A stretch of 64,000 nucleotides of DNA from Candidatus Actinomarina sp. (lineage in GTDB: Bacteria; Actinomycetota; Acidimicrobiia; Actinomarinales; Actinomarinaceae), in NCBI GenBank assembly GCA_038142145.1, contig JAYQJM010000005.1, forward strand, positions 147,978 to 211,977, given 5' to 3'. A model generated the notes under the pieces. It saw only the letters and a list, made by a program, of their open reading frames with translations. It was not told where the DNA came from and made no database searches. Position numbers and translations under genes: made by a program. Numbering within the stretch: the first letter of the stretch is position 1; the number at the start of each line of letters is the position of its first letter. Below, piece by piece: positions 42,533-50,717 of the stretch.

Positions 42533-43573
42533 TTAACTATCTTCTACTTGAATGTCTGCATTTTCTAAAATATTTCTTAATAAGTCAGAAACATCATATT
42601 TTTTTTCATTTCTTAAATCTTTCCTGAGTTGATTTATTTCATTAACTATCATTTCAAGAGCATGTGTATTTTTTATATTTTTTTCAACTTGAATTTCTAA
42701 ATCAGCAATTTTTTTCGAAAGCTCATCTTTAATATTTGTTTTTTCTTTTTTGGTTGGTTGAGATTCAATAAAATTTGATTCTGATAGGTAGCTTTGAATA
42801 TCACTCAACTTTCCTTCAGAGCCACTTTCAAAAACAACATTATTATCTTTTGTTACTAAAGTCACATTTCCCAGACCTTTTACTTTGTATCTGTTGTCTC
42901 TACCAGTAATTATTAATGCAGTATGCTCATCAATTCCAAGCAAGTTAGTGTACTCAATATTTAACAAGCTATTAATTCTTTTTGCACCAACATAACTGTA
43001 ACTTGTATCATGGTTGCCTCCTTCTTTGTTATTAAAGTGAGGGACAACTGTACAGTTTAAATCAAACAATTTAAGAATATTTAAACCTTTTTCCCAATAA
43101 GGATCTATCCCGACTTTATATATTTCGTATACAGGAAGTGTAAATTCACCTAAAGTTGAAGCTGCAGCACTTGCAAATAATGCTTTTCCACCTTTATTAA
43201 TATGATTTTTAAAAAGATTCTCTATTTCTCCTTTAGCCCAAAGCTTGCTTGCATAACTTGGACTTCCGGGACCAGCAAAAATAAACTCAGCTTTTTCTAA
43301 TAGTGCAATAGTTTTAAAAAATTGTGGTGTGTTTAAATCAGACATCTTTCTGAAAGTGGCTAATTTAATATCAGTATTTAAACTAGTTTTATAAAATTCA
43401 ATTAACTTATCTACTAATAAATCTGCATTTTCTTGGAATCCAAAAGGTGAGTCTAAAATATAAGAGCTGTTTTTTTCGTTACAATCTTCCAGAAGCTCTC
43501 TATGAACGCTTACAAGGTTAGGGCTAGTCTCCCCAGAACCTAAAATTGCGATTGTACCTAACGTTGTAGACAT
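42533..43573 (-). CDS. Conserved hypothetical protein: class-I glutamine-amidotransferase/peptidase-S51-like N-domain, then a coiled coil and a CysRS-C-terminus-like tail
   Basis: ILGSGETSP start, IFAGPGSP and FASAAASTLG blocks, PHFNNKEGG. The C-terminal RKDLRNEKKYDVSDLLRNILENADIQVEDS resembles the extreme C-terminus of cysteinyl-tRNA synthetases. Family assignment is by eye only. Confidence 0.45.
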   Translation of the reverse strand: MSTTLGTIAILGSGETSPNLVSVHRELLEDCNEKNSSYILDSPFGFQENADLLVDKLIEFYKTSLNTDIKLATFRKMSDLNTPQFFKTIALLEKAEFIFAGPGSPSYASKLWAKGEIENLFKNHINKGGKALFASAAASTLGEFTLPVYEIYKVGIDPYWEKGLNILKLFDLNCTVVPHFNNKEGGNHDTSYSYVGAKRINSLLNIEYTNLLGIDEHTALIITGRDNRYKVKGLGNVTLVTKDNNVVFESGSEGKLSDIQSYLSESNFIESQPTKKEKTNIKDELSKKIADLEIQVEKNIKNTHALEMIVNEINQLRKDLRNEKKYDVSDLLRNILENADIQVEDS

Positions 43574-43624
43574 CTATTCATTATATATTTTATTTGTATT
43601 GTTCCCAAGAGCTATAATTAAGTT

Positions 43625-44623
43625 GTGGTCTGGTTAATAGCTAAAATTTTAGAAAAATTTACTTTAGAAATCGTTCCTAAATTACCAATTCAAATAAGAA
43701 CTAAATTATTTAGAAGTGTTTTAAAATTCAGAAAAATAAGAGATAAAGCTCGTTTAGATGTAACAAATTCAAATCCAACTTTTGAACAGAGGCTTGAATA
43801 TGCTTTAGATTCAAGAGTTGGCCTCAACACCTCAGGCCAAAATTTATTAACATATAGTGAAAGTATTCAATTTTCACAAATAGGTGATGCACCAGTAAAT
43901 ACTTATAAGTTTGAACCTCGTAGTCCCAATCCTTCGAAGTATGCAATTTATTTTCATGGTGGGGGATACTTTGCTGGAAGCATCACTTCACATAAAAATT
44001 TTGTTTCAAAACTTTCAGAAAAGACAAATTTAACGATTTATTTTTTTGAATATCGATTAAGTCCTGAGTATTTATTTCCTTCAGCACATGACGATGCAAA
44101 GATAGCGGTAGATTTTATATCCTCTCTCCATCCTGATAAACAAAGTATTTGGATAGGAGAATCTGCTGGAGGAGGTCTAGCAACTGGATTATGTGTGGAT
44201 TATGATTACTTAGTTAGACCAGATAACTTAATTTTACTTTCTCCATGGTTAGATTTATCTGATAAAGAGGAGGATAAGAAATATTTAAAAAATAGGGACA
44301 TAACCATTATTATCAACGGAATGCATGATGTAGGAGAGTTTTATTCTTCAGAACACTCTTCTGACAATCCTATTCTTTCTCCAATCTATGCAGATATTAA
44401 ATCCTTTCCGGATACCTTGATTCAGGTATGTGCAGATGAACTTTTGTATAATGATGCAATTGAATTCACAAAAAAGTTAAAAGAAAAAAATGTCAATGTT
44501 AATTTACAAACTTGGAACGGTCTTTGGCATGCTTGGCAATTCTTCCCAATAAAAGAAGCGAACGAAGCAATAAACTTGATAGTTAAATACGTTAAATCTT
44601 CTGAAAATCAATCTTCTAGATGA
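43625..44623 (+). CDS. Alpha/beta-hydrolase fold-3 esterase/lipase (HSL family)
   Basis: GTG start; HGGGY oxyanion motif and GESAGGG nucleophile elbow; 332 aa. Confidence 0.8.
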   Translation: MVWLIAKILEKFTLEIVPKLPIQIRTKLFRSVLKFRKIRDKARLDVTNSNPTFEQRLEYALDSRVGLNTSGQNLLTYSESIQFSQIGDAPVNTYKFEPRSPNPSKYAIYFHGGGYFAGSITSHKNFVSKLSEKTNLTIYFFEYRLSPEYLFPSAHDDAKIAVDFISSLHPDKQSIWIGESAGGGLATGLCVDYDYLVRPDNLILLSPWLDLSDKEEDKKYLKNRDITIIINGMHDVGEFYSSEHSSDNPILSPIYADIKSFPDTLIQVCADELLYNDAIEFTKKLKEKNVNVNLQTWNGLWHAWQFFPIKEANEAINLIVKYVKSSENQSSR

Positions 44624-45351
44624 TGGAGTGCAAATCCAAAAGGAAGTTCTAATCGATTTTCTTTCATAATTTCTTCGTTAGTTAAAATTGAATAAGTTTT
44701 GTCTCTGGTTTTGATCTCACCATTATTTAAGATAATGCTTTCATCACATATTTCTAAAGCCATAGGTAAATCGTGCGTAACCAAAATTATCGTCACATCT
44801 AGATTTTTAAGTATCTCAATAAGTTCTCTTCTAGAAGCAGGATCTAAATTTGAACTTGGTTCATCTAATACTATTAATTCAGGGTTTATTGCTATTACAC
44901 TAGCTATTGCTACTTTTCTTTTTTGACCAAAGCTCAAATGGTGAGGAGGTTTATTTAAAAATTCTTTCATTTTAACTTTTTCTAAAGCTTCTATTGCTTT
45001 TGATTCTGCTTCTTCATTTGTGTATCCAAAATTTTTTGGTCCAAACATCACATCCTCTAAGACTGTTGGCATAAATAATTGATCATCAGGATCTTGAAAA
45101 ACTATACCTACTTTTTCTCTAATTTTTTTTAAATTATCTTCGTTGATGCTTAAGTTGTTAATGTAAATTGAATCATCTAAATTTCCCAAAATGCCATTTA
45201 AATGAAGTATGAAAGTTGTCTTTCCTGCACCATTGGGTCCTAAAACACCTATGGTATCACCTTTGTTTATTTCTAAATTTATATTTTTTAATGCTTCATA
45301 ACCATCTGGATATGAAAAATTTAAATCATTTATTTGTAAATAGTTTTTCAT
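44608..45351 (-). CDS. cbiO: ECF/cobalt-type ABC transporter ATP-binding protein
   Basis: Walker A GPNGAGKTT, signature LSFGQKRKV, Walker B LIVLDEPSS; 247 aa; overlaps the upstream T-component gene. Confidence 0.85.
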   Translation of the reverse strand: MKNYLQINDLNFSYPDGYEALKNINLEINKGDTIGVLGPNGAGKTTFILHLNGILGNLDDSIYINNLSINEDNLKKIREKVGIVFQDPDDQLFMPTVLEDVMFGPKNFGYTNEEAESKAIEALEKVKMKEFLNKPPHHLSFGQKRKVAIASVIAINPELIVLDEPSSNLDPASRRELIEILKNLDVTIILVTHDLPMALEICDESIILNNGEIKTRDKTYSILTNEEIMKENRLELPFGFALHHLED

Positions 45352-46112
45352 AAATAGAACCTATCAATAATCAAGTTGGTAACAGCCAAAAAAGACAATA
45401 AGTATAAAAAATTAGATTTTTCATAGGTTCTATTCTTTAATTCGATAGTACCATTAAACCCTCTTGAGATCATTGAGTTATAAACCCTTTCTCCTCTTTC
45501 GTATCCTCTAATAAGCAATGCACCTGATGCAAAAGCAAGAGGTTTTAATCCTTTGAAACCATTTTCAATATAGCCTCTTGATTTCATTGCTATCCGCACT
45601 CTCTTAACCTCATCAATAAATACATCTATGTATCTAATTGCGAAAGAAAAAATAGCAATTAATAAAGGAGAAATTTTAAGTTTCTGAAGACCATAAATAA
45701 TTTCTATATTTGAAGTTGTAGCAGTTAGTACTATTGCAAGAGTTACGCATAAAGTAATTTTGATAAGTATATTTGTCATTTCCAATACACCAGTTTTGTA
45801 CACATTTAGATTTAGAACTTTAAATAGTACTTCATTGTTGCCTTTACTCAGAAAGGGTAAAAATAAAGCAAATAATACAAATGGTATGTCTACAGATAAC
45901 CGTTTTAAATATGTAGAGAGTCTTAGTTTAGATAGCCAAAGTAAATAAATTACAATTGCAGATTGTGAAAGGATAATTGAGTAATTTTCTAAGCTTAGAA
46001 AAGCAATAGACAATACAATCACAAACACTGTAAAAATCTTAACTTGAGGCTTTAGTAAATTTAGCTTTGAGTTGTTATGGAGCTGTAGGTGATGGGAGTG
46101 TGTTGTTTCCAT
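45348..46112 (-). CDS. cbiQ: ECF transporter transmembrane (T/CbiQ) component with His-rich N-terminus
   Basis: 254 aa polytopic protein. Two coupling-helix motifs, IAMKSRGY and MISRGFNG (Ala-Arg-Gly-type). N-terminal METTHSHHLQLH. Confidence 0.78.
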   Translation of the reverse strand: METTHSHHLQLHNNSKLNLLKPQVKIFTVFVIVLSIAFLSLENYSIILSQSAIVIYLLWLSKLRLSTYLKRLSVDIPFVLFALFLPFLSKGNNEVLFKVLNLNVYKTGVLEMTNILIKITLCVTLAIVLTATTSNIEIIYGLQKLKISPLLIAIFSFAIRYIDVFIDEVKRVRIAMKSRGYIENGFKGLKPLAFASGALLIRGYERGERVYNSMISRGFNGTIELKNRTYEKSNFLYLLSFLAVTNLIIDRFYL

Positions 46113-46127
46113 TATTAATTATCTTAA

Positions 46128-46142
46128 TGCAAATCACTTGCA
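46128..46142. promoter_or_regulatory. 15-bp palindrome TGCAAATCACTTGCA between the fur-family gene and cbiQ (candidate Fur/Zur-family operator)
   Basis: Inverted repeat TGCAA-N5-TTGCA, 16-30 nt upstream of the cbiQ ATG. Layout resembles the TGAAAATGATTTTCA-type actinobacterial Zur box (11/15 identical by eye). Confidence 0.3.
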
Positions 46143-46154
46143 ATAAAAGAAATA

Positions 46155-46562
46155 TTAACAATTTTTGCACAAGCCAGAATAAATAAAATGGTTTCTAACT
46201 TCTTTGAAATTTAAATCTCTTTTTAACTCATTATTTATTTTTTCAACTGTTTTATTGCTAACGTCAAATATTTTATTGCAGTTGTAACAGGTCATATGTA
46301 TGGAATTATTTTTTTCTTTCTTGTAGTAAATACCTGAACCGTGTTCTTGATGTGCATGCTCAATTAAATTTAACTCTTCTAAAAGTTCTAATGTTCTGTA
46401 AACAGTTGTTAAATCTATAGTTTTATCAATCGTTTGTGTTTTAGTGTGTATTTCATCAACCGAATAATGAGAATGGCCAGAAGATTCTAAGATGTCACAA
46501 ATGACCTCTCTTGCTTTGGAAATCCTATATCCGTTGTCTTTTAGTTCTTTAACAAAACTCAT
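46155..46562 (-). CDS. Fur-family metalloregulator (Zur/Nur/PerR class unresolved)
   Basis: Start set at MSFVKELKDNGYRISKAREVICDIL (ATG 46562). HAHQEHG metal site and two CxxC pairs (CYNC, CKNC). The hydrophobic 18-aa extension in the track is rejected. Confidence 0.85.
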   Translation of the reverse strand: MSFVKELKDNGYRISKAREVICDILESSGHSHYSVDEIHTKTQTIDKTIDLTTVYRTLELLEELNLIEHAHQEHGSGIYYKKEKNNSIHMTCYNCNKIFDVSNKTVEKINNELKRDLNFKEVRNHFIYSGLCKNC

Positions 46563-46596
46563 CAATATGTATATTATAAGTTTTAGAAAGAAACCT

Positions 46597-47070
46597 ATGA
46601 AGAAAAAAATTATCAAAATTTTAAATAGATATAGCTTAATTTACCTTCCTTTAGGCTGGGTTTTGGGTTTAGGAATAATTTTTGCAACTTTTGATCCACC
46701 ACAGGTCTTGTATTTCCTTAGTTTTATTGTTGTAGGAGTGTTTATAGCTCTCATAATCTACACCTCAAATAGGGGGGTAGTTGACGATATGTTTAATTTT
46801 GAGAATCAGGAATATTCTATAATTGAATTTTATTCAGACTACTGACTAGGCTGTACTGCATCAAAATTCATAGTTGATGAATTTAAGAAACAGAATCCAG
46901 AGATTGTATTTTTTCCGATCAATGCGAGCAAACAGAGCAATCATCCTTATGTAGAATTATTTAAACTTTTCAATACCCCAACATATGTATTAGTAAACAA
47001 AGAAGGCAAAGTTTTAGCTAGAAGAGTTGGTACCTTTAGCGGTCCACACTTTAAACGATATATTCCTTAA
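46597..47070 (+). CDS. Membrane-anchored thioredoxin-fold protein with in-frame TGA at the first redox Cys (candidate UxxC selenoprotein; alternatively a nonsense pseudogene)
   Basis: ATG 46597 (MKKKIIKIL..., two hydrophobic helices) ...NQEYSIIEFYSDY-TGA(46843-45)-LGCTASKFIVDEFKKQNPEIVFFPINASKQSNHPYVELFKLFNTPTYVLVNKEGKVLARRVGTFSGPHFKRYIP-TAA(47068-70). The frame is the same on both sides of the TGA, and the sequence is colinear with the thioredoxin WCxxC...cis-Pro...G pattern. Confidence 0.6.
46859..46879 (+). promoter_or_regulatory. Hairpin 13 nt downstream of the in-frame TGA (possible bacterial SECIS apical stem-loop)
   Basis: catcaa (46859-64) / ttgatg (46874-79) 6-bp stem, 9-nt loop aattcatag. 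Spacing is compatible with bSECIS but the stem is short. Confidence 0.3.
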
Positions 47071-47402
47071 GATATTTTTTCACCCAACTCTGCATTTGGC
47101 TCAGGGCTCAAAAGTAAGACTTCGTTATTTTTAGTTATTGATCCTAAGACCAGGCATTGGCTTATAAAAGGTCCTACTTGCTTTTCGCCTAGATTTACTA
47201 CGCTTATAACTTTTCTATCTAATAAATCTTCTTTGGAGTAATTTGTAATCTGTGCGCTACTTTTTTTTAACCCTATAGCTTCTCCAAAGTCAATTTCTAA
47301 TTTATAAGCTGGTTTAATTGCCTCTTCAAAATCTTCAACTTTGATAATTTTTCCAACTCTTATGTCTAAATCAAAAAATAAATTTACTAATTCACTATTC
47401 AT
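47067..47402 (-). CDS. csaA: tRNA-binding-domain protein (CsaA/Trbp111-like)
   Basis: 111 aa; DLDIRVGKIIKVE...KLEIDFGE...SSAQITN... OB-fold pattern. Its stop overlaps the convergent thioredoxin-like gene stop (TTAA). Confidence 0.8.
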   Translation of the reverse strand: MNSELVNLFFDLDIRVGKIIKVEDFEEAIKPAYKLEIDFGEAIGLKKSSAQITNYSKEDLLDRKVISVVNLGEKQVGPFISQCLVLGSITKNNEVLLLSPEPNAELGEKIS

Positions 47403-47430
47403 ATAACAAAACTAATTACATACTTAAAAT

Positions 47431-47979
47431 ATGTCAAAGATTCTTATCTTAAGTGCTGGAACCAACGATCAATCGCTGAATAATCTATTAGCTGAACACT
47501 TAAGTCTTCAATTAAACAATATGAAGATTAAAAATAATTTATTTACCGATTTGTATTCAGATATTCCTTTTTTATTAGAGCGTAAAGATGAGACACCTAA
47601 AAAAATTCTTGATATCCGAGCAAGTTTAGAGGTTAGTAGCAGAATGGTTATTTTTAGTCCTGTATTTAATGGTGGTTTTTTAGCTACTTTAAAAAATACA
47701 TTAGATTGGTTGTCTTTATCTTATGATGATTTAAATTACAATGATCTTTTTAAAGATAAGCCTGTGGCAGTTGTATCAAGTGTTAATGGTAGTGGTGGCA
47801 ATGCTCCCTCTGCTTTTAAGCTATTGGAAGCTCAACTAATGAACTATGGTTTGAATACTTATCCTGAATTATTGTTATTTACAAAAGAAGATTTTAAAAA
47901 CTTTCCACAATTAGAAAAAAATGAAATTGCACAAAAAAAATTAATGGATTTTATTAATAATTTTCTAATTTTTGGTTGA
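47431..47979 (+). CDS. NAD(P)H-dependent FMN reductase-family flavoprotein
   Basis: 182 aa flavodoxin-like fold; ILILSAGTN..., VIFSPVFNGGF, LKNTLDWLS blocks. Confidence 0.7.
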   Translation: MSKILILSAGTNDQSLNNLLAEHLSLQLNNMKIKNNLFTDLYSDIPFLLERKDETPKKILDIRASLEVSSRMVIFSPVFNGGFLATLKNTLDWLSLSYDDLNYNDLFKDKPVAVVSSVNGSGGNAPSAFKLLEAQLMNYGLNTYPELLLFTKEDFKNFPQLEKNEIAQKKLMDFINNFLIFG

Positions 47980-48685
47980 TGATTTCATATATTTTCTCAG
48001 TCAGCTCATCAACATTAAAATCGTTTACATTATAAATAGGATCTAGAATTTCAATATTTACTTTACCGCTTTTTAGCCAGACATTTCCTTTTGTCATGAG
48101 CTTGTGAGCATTGTGACTTACAACAGGAACAATGGGGAGGTTAAAATCTTTTGCGATGTAGGCAGCACCTTTTTTGAATGGAAGTAATTTTTTTTGATTA
48201 CTTCTTTTACCTTCAGGAAATATCATGATTGAATACTTATTTTTTAATACTTGATCAATCGAGTAATTAATTTTATCAAAATTAGAACTAGCATTTTTTC
48301 TATCAATTCTAGGCAAGCCAAGAACTTTTAGTACACGACCAAAAATAGGAATTCGAAATAATTCAGTTTTTGTTAAAAACCTTATTGAAACAGGTAATGC
48401 AGTTATGTGTGTAAATATGTCTAGTGTTGATGGATGGTTTCCGACAACTAAATAACTAGAATTTTTATCTAATTTTTTGGCACCAGTAACAACTAATTCA
48501 ACTCCAACCAATTTGAGTCCAACATATCCAAATAATTCATATAATTTAGTTGCAAGATGTTTTCCATTTGGAATGAATGATGTTAGTAAAATTAAAATCA
48601 TTAGTGGAAGTAAGAAAAAAATTAAAAAAGAAGGAAATAAAATTATAGTTTTAATAACTACATATAAAGATAATTTTTTTTCCAT
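47954..48685 (-). CDS. plsC: 1-acyl-sn-glycerol-3-phosphate acyltransferase
   Basis: NHPSTLD (HX4D) and FPEGKRS motifs; N-terminal membrane anchor. Confidence 0.88.
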   Translation of the reverse strand: MEKKLSLYVVIKTIILFPSFLIFFLLPLMILILLTSFIPNGKHLATKLYELFGYVGLKLVGVELVVTGAKKLDKNSSYLVVGNHPSTLDIFTHITALPVSIRFLTKTELFRIPIFGRVLKVLGLPRIDRKNASSNFDKINYSIDQVLKNKYSIMIFPEGKRSNQKKLLPFKKGAAYIAKDFNLPIVPVVSHNAHKLMTKGNVWLKSGKVNIEILDPIYNVNDFNVDELTEKIYEIINQKLENY

Positions 48686-48715
48686 GATTAATTTTTAGGT
48701 TAGACCAAATTTTAA

Positions 48716-49591
48716 CTAAATACTTATACCAAATTGTTTTTTTACACTTAGACTCAAAAAATAAAACGAACTTGAACAAAGCAAAAATCCTAAAGTAGGG
48801 GGTAATAGATTCCAATAATTAACACCACTCAAGTAAGCACCATAAGTGATTGCATCATATATCATTACACCCCAGTTCGAAGTCCAACCTACTTGACCGT
48901 AAAAAGATGCAAATCCATACGCAATTATTCCATACGTTGTACTTGTAAGCATGAGACTTACTGCGTAAGGAATCACTACTGGCAATATATGTTTAGTAGC
49001 GATATAGTATCTACTTCCGCCAAGTAATTGTGATGCCCTTATGAATTCAGAATTTGACACCTCTTTTGCTTTGGCTCTTATGACTAGATATGCAACTCCA
49101 AATCCTGAAAGCAATCCATATATTATCCCAACATTTATAGGAGTAAGTATGTCTGTAAAATCGCCAGTGCCAATGATTAACAATACAATTGGTGGTGATA
49201 AGAGAATTAGTCCAGAGGATATTTCCTTAAATAAAATATCTATTCTTCGAAACATAAAAGGGATAACTGTGCCAAAGAAAAGACTTATTATTAGTCCTAT
49301 TAAGAATGAAAATACGGAAAGTTCGATTAATGGTCTGGATCCAGCCATGAACATGCTGAGAACATCTCTACCAAGTGGATCGGTACCTAAAAGGTGTTGA
49401 GCTGAAGGTTCTGTCGGATGAGGGAAAACTCTAGTATCAAATCCAACAATTGGATCATATATATTTTCTGGCCAATACGATCCAAGTAGAAACGAATGTA
49501 AGAAACTTAAAGAAATTAAAAAGATAAAAAATAAATATCCAATTTTTCCGTGATAAGTTTTAAAAGTACTTTTCAATAAATATTTAAACAT
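48716..49591 (-). CDS. Peptide/nickel-type ABC transporter permease (OppC/DppC family)
   Basis: LGTDPLGRDVLS family signature; 6 TM helices; overlaps the upstream permease gene. Confidence 0.85.
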   Translation of the reverse strand: MFKYLLKSTFKTYHGKIGYLFFIFLISLSFLHSFLLGSYWPENIYDPIVGFDTRVFPHPTEPSAQHLLGTDPLGRDVLSMFMAGSRPLIELSVFSFLIGLIISLFFGTVIPFMFRRIDILFKEISSGLILLSPPIVLLIIGTGDFTDILTPINVGIIYGLLSGFGVAYLVIRAKAKEVSNSEFIRASQLLGGSRYYIATKHILPVVIPYAVSLMLTSTTYGIIAYGFASFYGQVGWTSNWGVMIYDAITYGAYLSGVNYWNLLPPTLGFLLCSSSFYFLSLSVKKQFGISI

Positions 49592-50717
49592 TATTTCTAA
49601 CTCTTGGATCTATGTATACGTGAAAAATACTTATAGCAATTCTTAAAAATGTTGAAAGCAGTGCTAAAAGTAAAAATATACCCATTGCAGCGTTTGAATC
49701 TTGATTCAAGATAGTTCTGTATAGCATTGATCCCATTCCGGACCAGCTAGTTGTTGATTCTACAATCACTAAAGATGCAATTAGGTACGGCAGGCTTAAT
49801 CCTAGCCTATTAGCAAATGGTCCAAAAGAGTTATTGAGAATATGTTGTTTATAGATAGTTGATTTTGAATAACCCAAAGCTCTAGCAGTCAATATGTGGG
49901 GTTCTCTTGAAATATTTTGAATGATTACATTATTCATTAACATATATTCTCCAAATAAAAATACAGTCAAAATAATTATTGTTTTAGTCGCATTCTTTGA
50001 AGCAAATATTATTTCATTAAAAATTATTTCATCTAATGCTATAAAAATATATGACATTACAGATAATGAAATTAAAAGTTTCAAATATGAAAAATTAATA
50101 CCTGAAATTAGCTCAGTAAAAAAAATAAATATTAAAACCAATGCTAATAAAAATATAAAAAGATGAAAATTAAATGTAAATTCTGAAAACTCTATTAAAG
50201 AAGTAGGAGTTTTTTTTATTTCAAAGTACTGAGTAAATTTAGAAAAATAGTTTTCGAGTTTGTCACTTATCAAAAAGTATACAATTGGTGGAAATAGACT
50301 AATAAGCAATGTAGATATTGAATCCGAAACTATCTTATTTTTATACAAGCGTTTTATTGGAGTTTTGATTGCAGAAATGCGAGATGTGAAATATGCAAGG
50401 AAAAATGAAGGTATCAAAATCTGTAATGTAGGAAATATAGTGGATGTAATATCTTTGCTGCTATTTCTCATAAACCCACCAGGTGTAATTTCTCCAGAAA
50501 ATACACTAATTACCCACCGAAAGTACTGTTTGTAAATAGGATCATCAGCTCCTAACGACGCTCTGAGTTCATCAAGTTCTTGCTGGCTCATCATTAGCCT
50601 TAAAGGAGTTAGAAAGTCTCCAGGGATTAAAATATTTATGAAATAGTACATTAAAAATAAGAAAATAAAAATCGACAATATTGATGATCGAATTTCTTTT
50701 AATATAAATTTTGTCAT
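49584..50717 (-). CDS. Peptide/nickel-type ABC transporter permease (OppB/DppB family) with long hydrophobic insertion
   Basis: N-terminal ...LIPGDF, EAA-loop region LTARALGYSKSTIYKQHILNN, C-terminal YIDPRVR. 377 aa, versus the roughly 310 aa typical of the family as I recall it. Confidence 0.82.
   Translation of the reverse strand: MTKFILKEIRSSILSIFIFLFLMYYFINILIPGDFLTPLRLMMSQQELDELRASLGADDPIYKQYFRWVISVFSGEITPGGFMRNSSKDITSTIFPTLQILIPSFFLAYFTSRISAIKTPIKRLYKNKIVSDSISTLLISLFPPIVYFLISDKLENYFSKFTQYFEIKKTPTSLIEFSEFTFNFHLFIFLLALVLIFIFFTELISGINFSYLKLLISLSVMSYIFIALDEIIFNEIIFASKNATKTIIILTVFLFGEYMLMNNVIIQNISREPHILTARALGYSKSTIYKQHILNNSFGPFANRLGLSLPYLIASLVIVESTTSWSGMGSMLYRTILNQDSNAAMGIFLLLALLSTFLRIAISIFHVYIDPRVRNNV

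Noticed and set aside
46492-46596. Upstream 35 codons of track ORF 46492..46845 overlapping the fur-family gene on the opposite strand
   Set aside because: The internal ATG at 46597 (MKKKIIKIL plus TM helix) gives a conventional membrane-anchor N-terminus and avoids a 70-nt antisense overlap.
46563-46616. 18-aa hydrophobic N-terminal extension of the Fur-family ORF (MIIFFFIGFFLKLIIYIL-)
   Set aside because: Fur-family proteins begin near the winged-helix DNA-binding domain. MSFVKELKDNGYRISKAREV from ATG 46562 matches that. The extension is AT-rich read-through.
46843-46845. Reading the in-frame TGA as Trp (genetic code 4) or as a sequencing error
   Set aside because: TGA terminates several conserved genes in this window at their expected lengths (rpsH, rpsQ, infA, sdhB), so the code is standard. 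A sequencing error cannot be excluded from the sequence alone, but it would have to hit exactly the catalytic codon.
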